Part shown: positions 61,101 to 64,000 of the stretch, in pieces | How positions within the stretch are numbered: the stretch's first letter is position 1 | Layout: each line of letters opens with the position of its first letter | Position numbers and translations under genes: made by a program | Notes under the pieces: generated by a model | The model's input: the letters and a program-made list of their open reading frames with translations, nothing else | Told to the model about the DNA's origin: nothing | Databases searched by the model: none | From: Haliotis rubra | Taxonomy: Eukaryota | Assembly: GCF_003918875.1 (NCBI RefSeq) | Contig: NW_025765392.1 | Coordinates: 1,116,001-1,180,000 of the forward strand | Length of the DNA stretch: 64,000 nt | Direction: 5' to 3'

Positions 61101-64000
61101 TTAGAAGAGGAAGAGTGTTTAGCAAGAGTTTCACCCAGTTTATTTGCAATATCTGATTTATCAGTAAGTAATTGATCTCAATGTTTAAGATGATGGACAC
61201 TAGATTTAGTACCTTTACCTTTAATTTTCTGTACCATGTTCCAAACCTTGGACATGGGCGTTCGAGAATTTATTTTGGATACATAATTTTGCCAACATTG
61301 ACGTTTATTCTGCTTAAAGGTACGCCTTTAGCATGTAAAATTGTGTCATGGGACCCTCTATTATCGCGGTAGTTAATGTTGTCTCCATCGGGATTATGAA
61401 CGGCTACTGACATTTAGCATGTTTTATATATTTTCAGTTGACTGATGTATAATCTTCATTTCTGTCACAAATAATGTGACACATGGTCGCAACTCGTTTA
61501 ATACCATTGCGGCAATCCCGATTGTCTCGTTTGACCCGGAAATTGAAGCAACTCTCTATTATCGCGGTATTGCTATTGTCTTACTATGGCACGCGGTACA
61601 AGCAGATGACACTGTGAAATGTTTACTAAGACAAGTAACGAATCTAAATAGTTTGATCATTAAAAAATATTTAGGAATTTCATTCACATTAGTAATATCA
61701 TCATGTTTTTAACCCAAACATCAGAAACTTCTATTCATTTGGATACAAGGTAACAATAACGTTACAAAATATTGTTTTTCCGGCTTAAAACGTACCATAC
61801 AAGTTGCTGCCGTGTGCAGAGTGAAGTTGCATAATACGTCACTTCCTGTTATATTTTTAGCACGGAAAATAAGCAAATGACCTTATAGTTGTCGCAGGAT
61901 TGCTCTTGATGAAGAAAGTTTTGATTCATGCTAGATGTAATGGCAGCAGGGGTCATACTAGTTTCAAAATGTTCTAGAACTTACTGAAAAGATGAATGCT
62001 TTAATATTTCTCCGATTACACATAACATTCAAATGAAATAGATGACTTTTTGAAGAGCGATGAATATATATTTTACGTAATTTGCATATGTAAACAGCCG
62101 ATGCGGGGCGTGGTGTTTCTGCTTTCCCGATGTTTTCGCGTGCCGCGATAATAGAGAGTCCCAATATGCACCATAGGATGGCGACGGAAATAATGTTCAG
62201 CTTTTTTCCTTGCCTTCCTAGCTTGCTTGCATTCATCGTTGAACCATGGTTTCCGAATATGTGGAACCACAGAGGACTTTGGTATACAATCGTCAGCTAT
62301 GATATTCAGTTCATAAGAAAAGTCTTTTATAGGATCAGGAACATCTATAAAAAGTTCAGGTTTAAGTTTGGCAGAACAGAGAGTGTTATATAAAGGCCAG
62401 TTAGCCTTTGTAAAATTCCATCTTGATGATGGAGGAACATCAGATGGGTTTACAGGTTTTAGTATTGTGGGAAAATGGTCACTACCACAGAGGTCGTCGC
62501 CATGACTGACCATTCAAACTCATTCAATAGGTTAGAATCAGTAATTGACAAATCAAGAGCTGAATACGTTCCTGTGCCAGGGTGTAAATATGTGTTTGAA
62601 CAATCATTATATATGTATAAATCATTGTTTGAAATAAACTCCTCAAGTATTTTACCTTTAGCGTGTAGAGTTGTACCACCCCAGAGTGGGTTGTGGCCAT
62701 TAAAATCACCCATAATAATACAGGGTTTCGGAAGTTGATTGTAAAGTGTTTGAATATCAGCCTGTTGAAGAGCTGAAGATGGCGGGATATACAGCGAACA
62801 GAGAGTTAAAGCAACGTGCAGAGTAATGCGTACTGCAACGGCTTGAAGATTAGTTTTAAGCAAAACAGGGCTTTGGAGTACATTATGCAATACAAGGATA
62901 GAAGATCGTCCCGTAGCCCTATCACCCGGGGGAGAAAAAGAATGATATGCATTGAACTGACGTAAACTGAAATTATCTGTCTGCTTTAGATATGTTTCTT
63001 GCAGACAGAATGCTGATCGACTAAAGTCCTGGACCAATAGTTGTAAGTCGTTAAAGTTGGTCTTCAGTCCTCGACAATTCCACTGTATAATATTGTTTAG
63101 GTAAGCTATCTTTTGGGTGGAATGATCGGGGATCTACCCCGTACCTTTTTAGAGGGCGACATGCTATGTGCCCGTGGCTCGATGTTTTCAGCCACAACCA
63201 TTCTTTCCAGAGATCCAAACTTATTAAATAGTTGGATCTGATTATCTGACCCCTTTGAAATTCTATCACTTAGATGTCCTTTCGAAGATTCAGTTCTTGC
63301 TTTGGTTTGTTTCATATTTCTGTGAGACTTTTGGTTTTTTTGTGCTGGTTATTGATTCACGGTGAGAGACAATGATTGGTCTTGTGATAGAGTCTGTATG
63401 TCAGAAAGTGAATCCGATGTTTGAGTTGATTGTTCATTTGAGTATATTTGAGGTGCTTCAGAGTTCAACCAAGTCAAATCTGTCCGGCAATCTATAGATG
63501 ACTTTGTTGTTTTTTTCAGGGGCTATCTGAACGATAGACGCATATGTTCCTGTGCCTTCCCGAGATTGAACAAGTTTCTTTGCATCAGAGAAACTGATGT
63601 TTCTGGAAAATTTTATTTTATTTATTTCCATCTGTTGTTTCCAGATAGGACAGTCTTTGGAGTATGACGGGTGACTCCCTGAACAATTGGTACATTTTTT
63701 AACATCATTGTGACAGTCTTCCGTTGTGTGAGTTTGCTCACTGCAGTGAGCACATGTGACAGATCGTGTACACGTATTGACGCCATGGCCATATTTTGGG
63801 CATTTGAAACACCTCAGCGGGTTGGGAATATAAGTGTCAACTTTGATATTGCAGTAACCTGCTTTAATTGTTGTTGGGGCAGTCGGTGTTGAAAATGAAA
63901 AAAGGTATGTATTAGTAGGTTGTGTTTGTGAGTTCTTTCGTGTGGAGAACCGTTTAACATACAGAACACCTTGATCTCGCATCTCAAACACTATTTCAGC
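58148..64000 (-). mobile_element. I/Nimb-clade LINE, near full length but frameshifted; continues beyond the window
   Basis: ORF1 with three CCHC-type knuckles (PNPLRCFKC.., 63458-63991); ORF2 with APE (IIQWNCRGL, LQET, GDFNGH, SDHFP), RT (YRPISL, GVPQGSILS, LFVDD) and RNase H (SIFTAE, SDSLS, WLPSHVGISGN..AD); 3' hairpin and (ACTC)n tail. Confidence 0.93.
61350..62162. mobile_element. Non-coding TIR element (MITE-like, 813 bp) nested in LINE ORF2
   Basis: TIRs gggaccctctattatcgcggta / tgccgcgataatagagagtccc; LINE ORF2 resumes on both sides. Confidence 0.85.

Overview
Repeat-rich eukaryotic DNA. The SINE/LINE families suggest a mollusc, probably a gastropod such as Haliotis (inference). There are two gene systems. 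(1) A + strand spliced gene, reconstructed by hand from five phase-1 exons (4887-4896, 6712-6873, 9772-9915, 11417-14680, probable last exon 19905-19975; about 1216 aa). It encodes an N-myristoylation motif (MGQVLSRKR), a Phe-containing polybasic segment, and a very long acidic low-complexity region with a 45-aa tandem repeat. This is a MARCKS/AKAP12/Drosophila Akap200-like architecture that the ORF track misses. (2) A - strand tandem array (about 32.8-56.8 kb, about 5-kb period) of genes with intronless coding regions for nicotinic-receptor-derived Cys-loop channel subunits: 3 intact copies, 2 disrupted full-length copies and 2 fragments. They keep the Cys-loop and a cation-type GEK pore, but have lost the vicinal cysteines and most acetylcholine-binding aromatics, and they vary mostly in loops F and C. 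This parallels cephalopod chemotactile receptors and is the best candidate for an undescribed system. The rest is mobile DNA: three SINE families and an I/Nimb-type LINE that share a covarying 3' hairpin, RTE-X-like and L1/Tx1-like LINE remnants, Tc1 (DD34E) relics, a MITE, mini- and microsatellites, and one 250-N gap.
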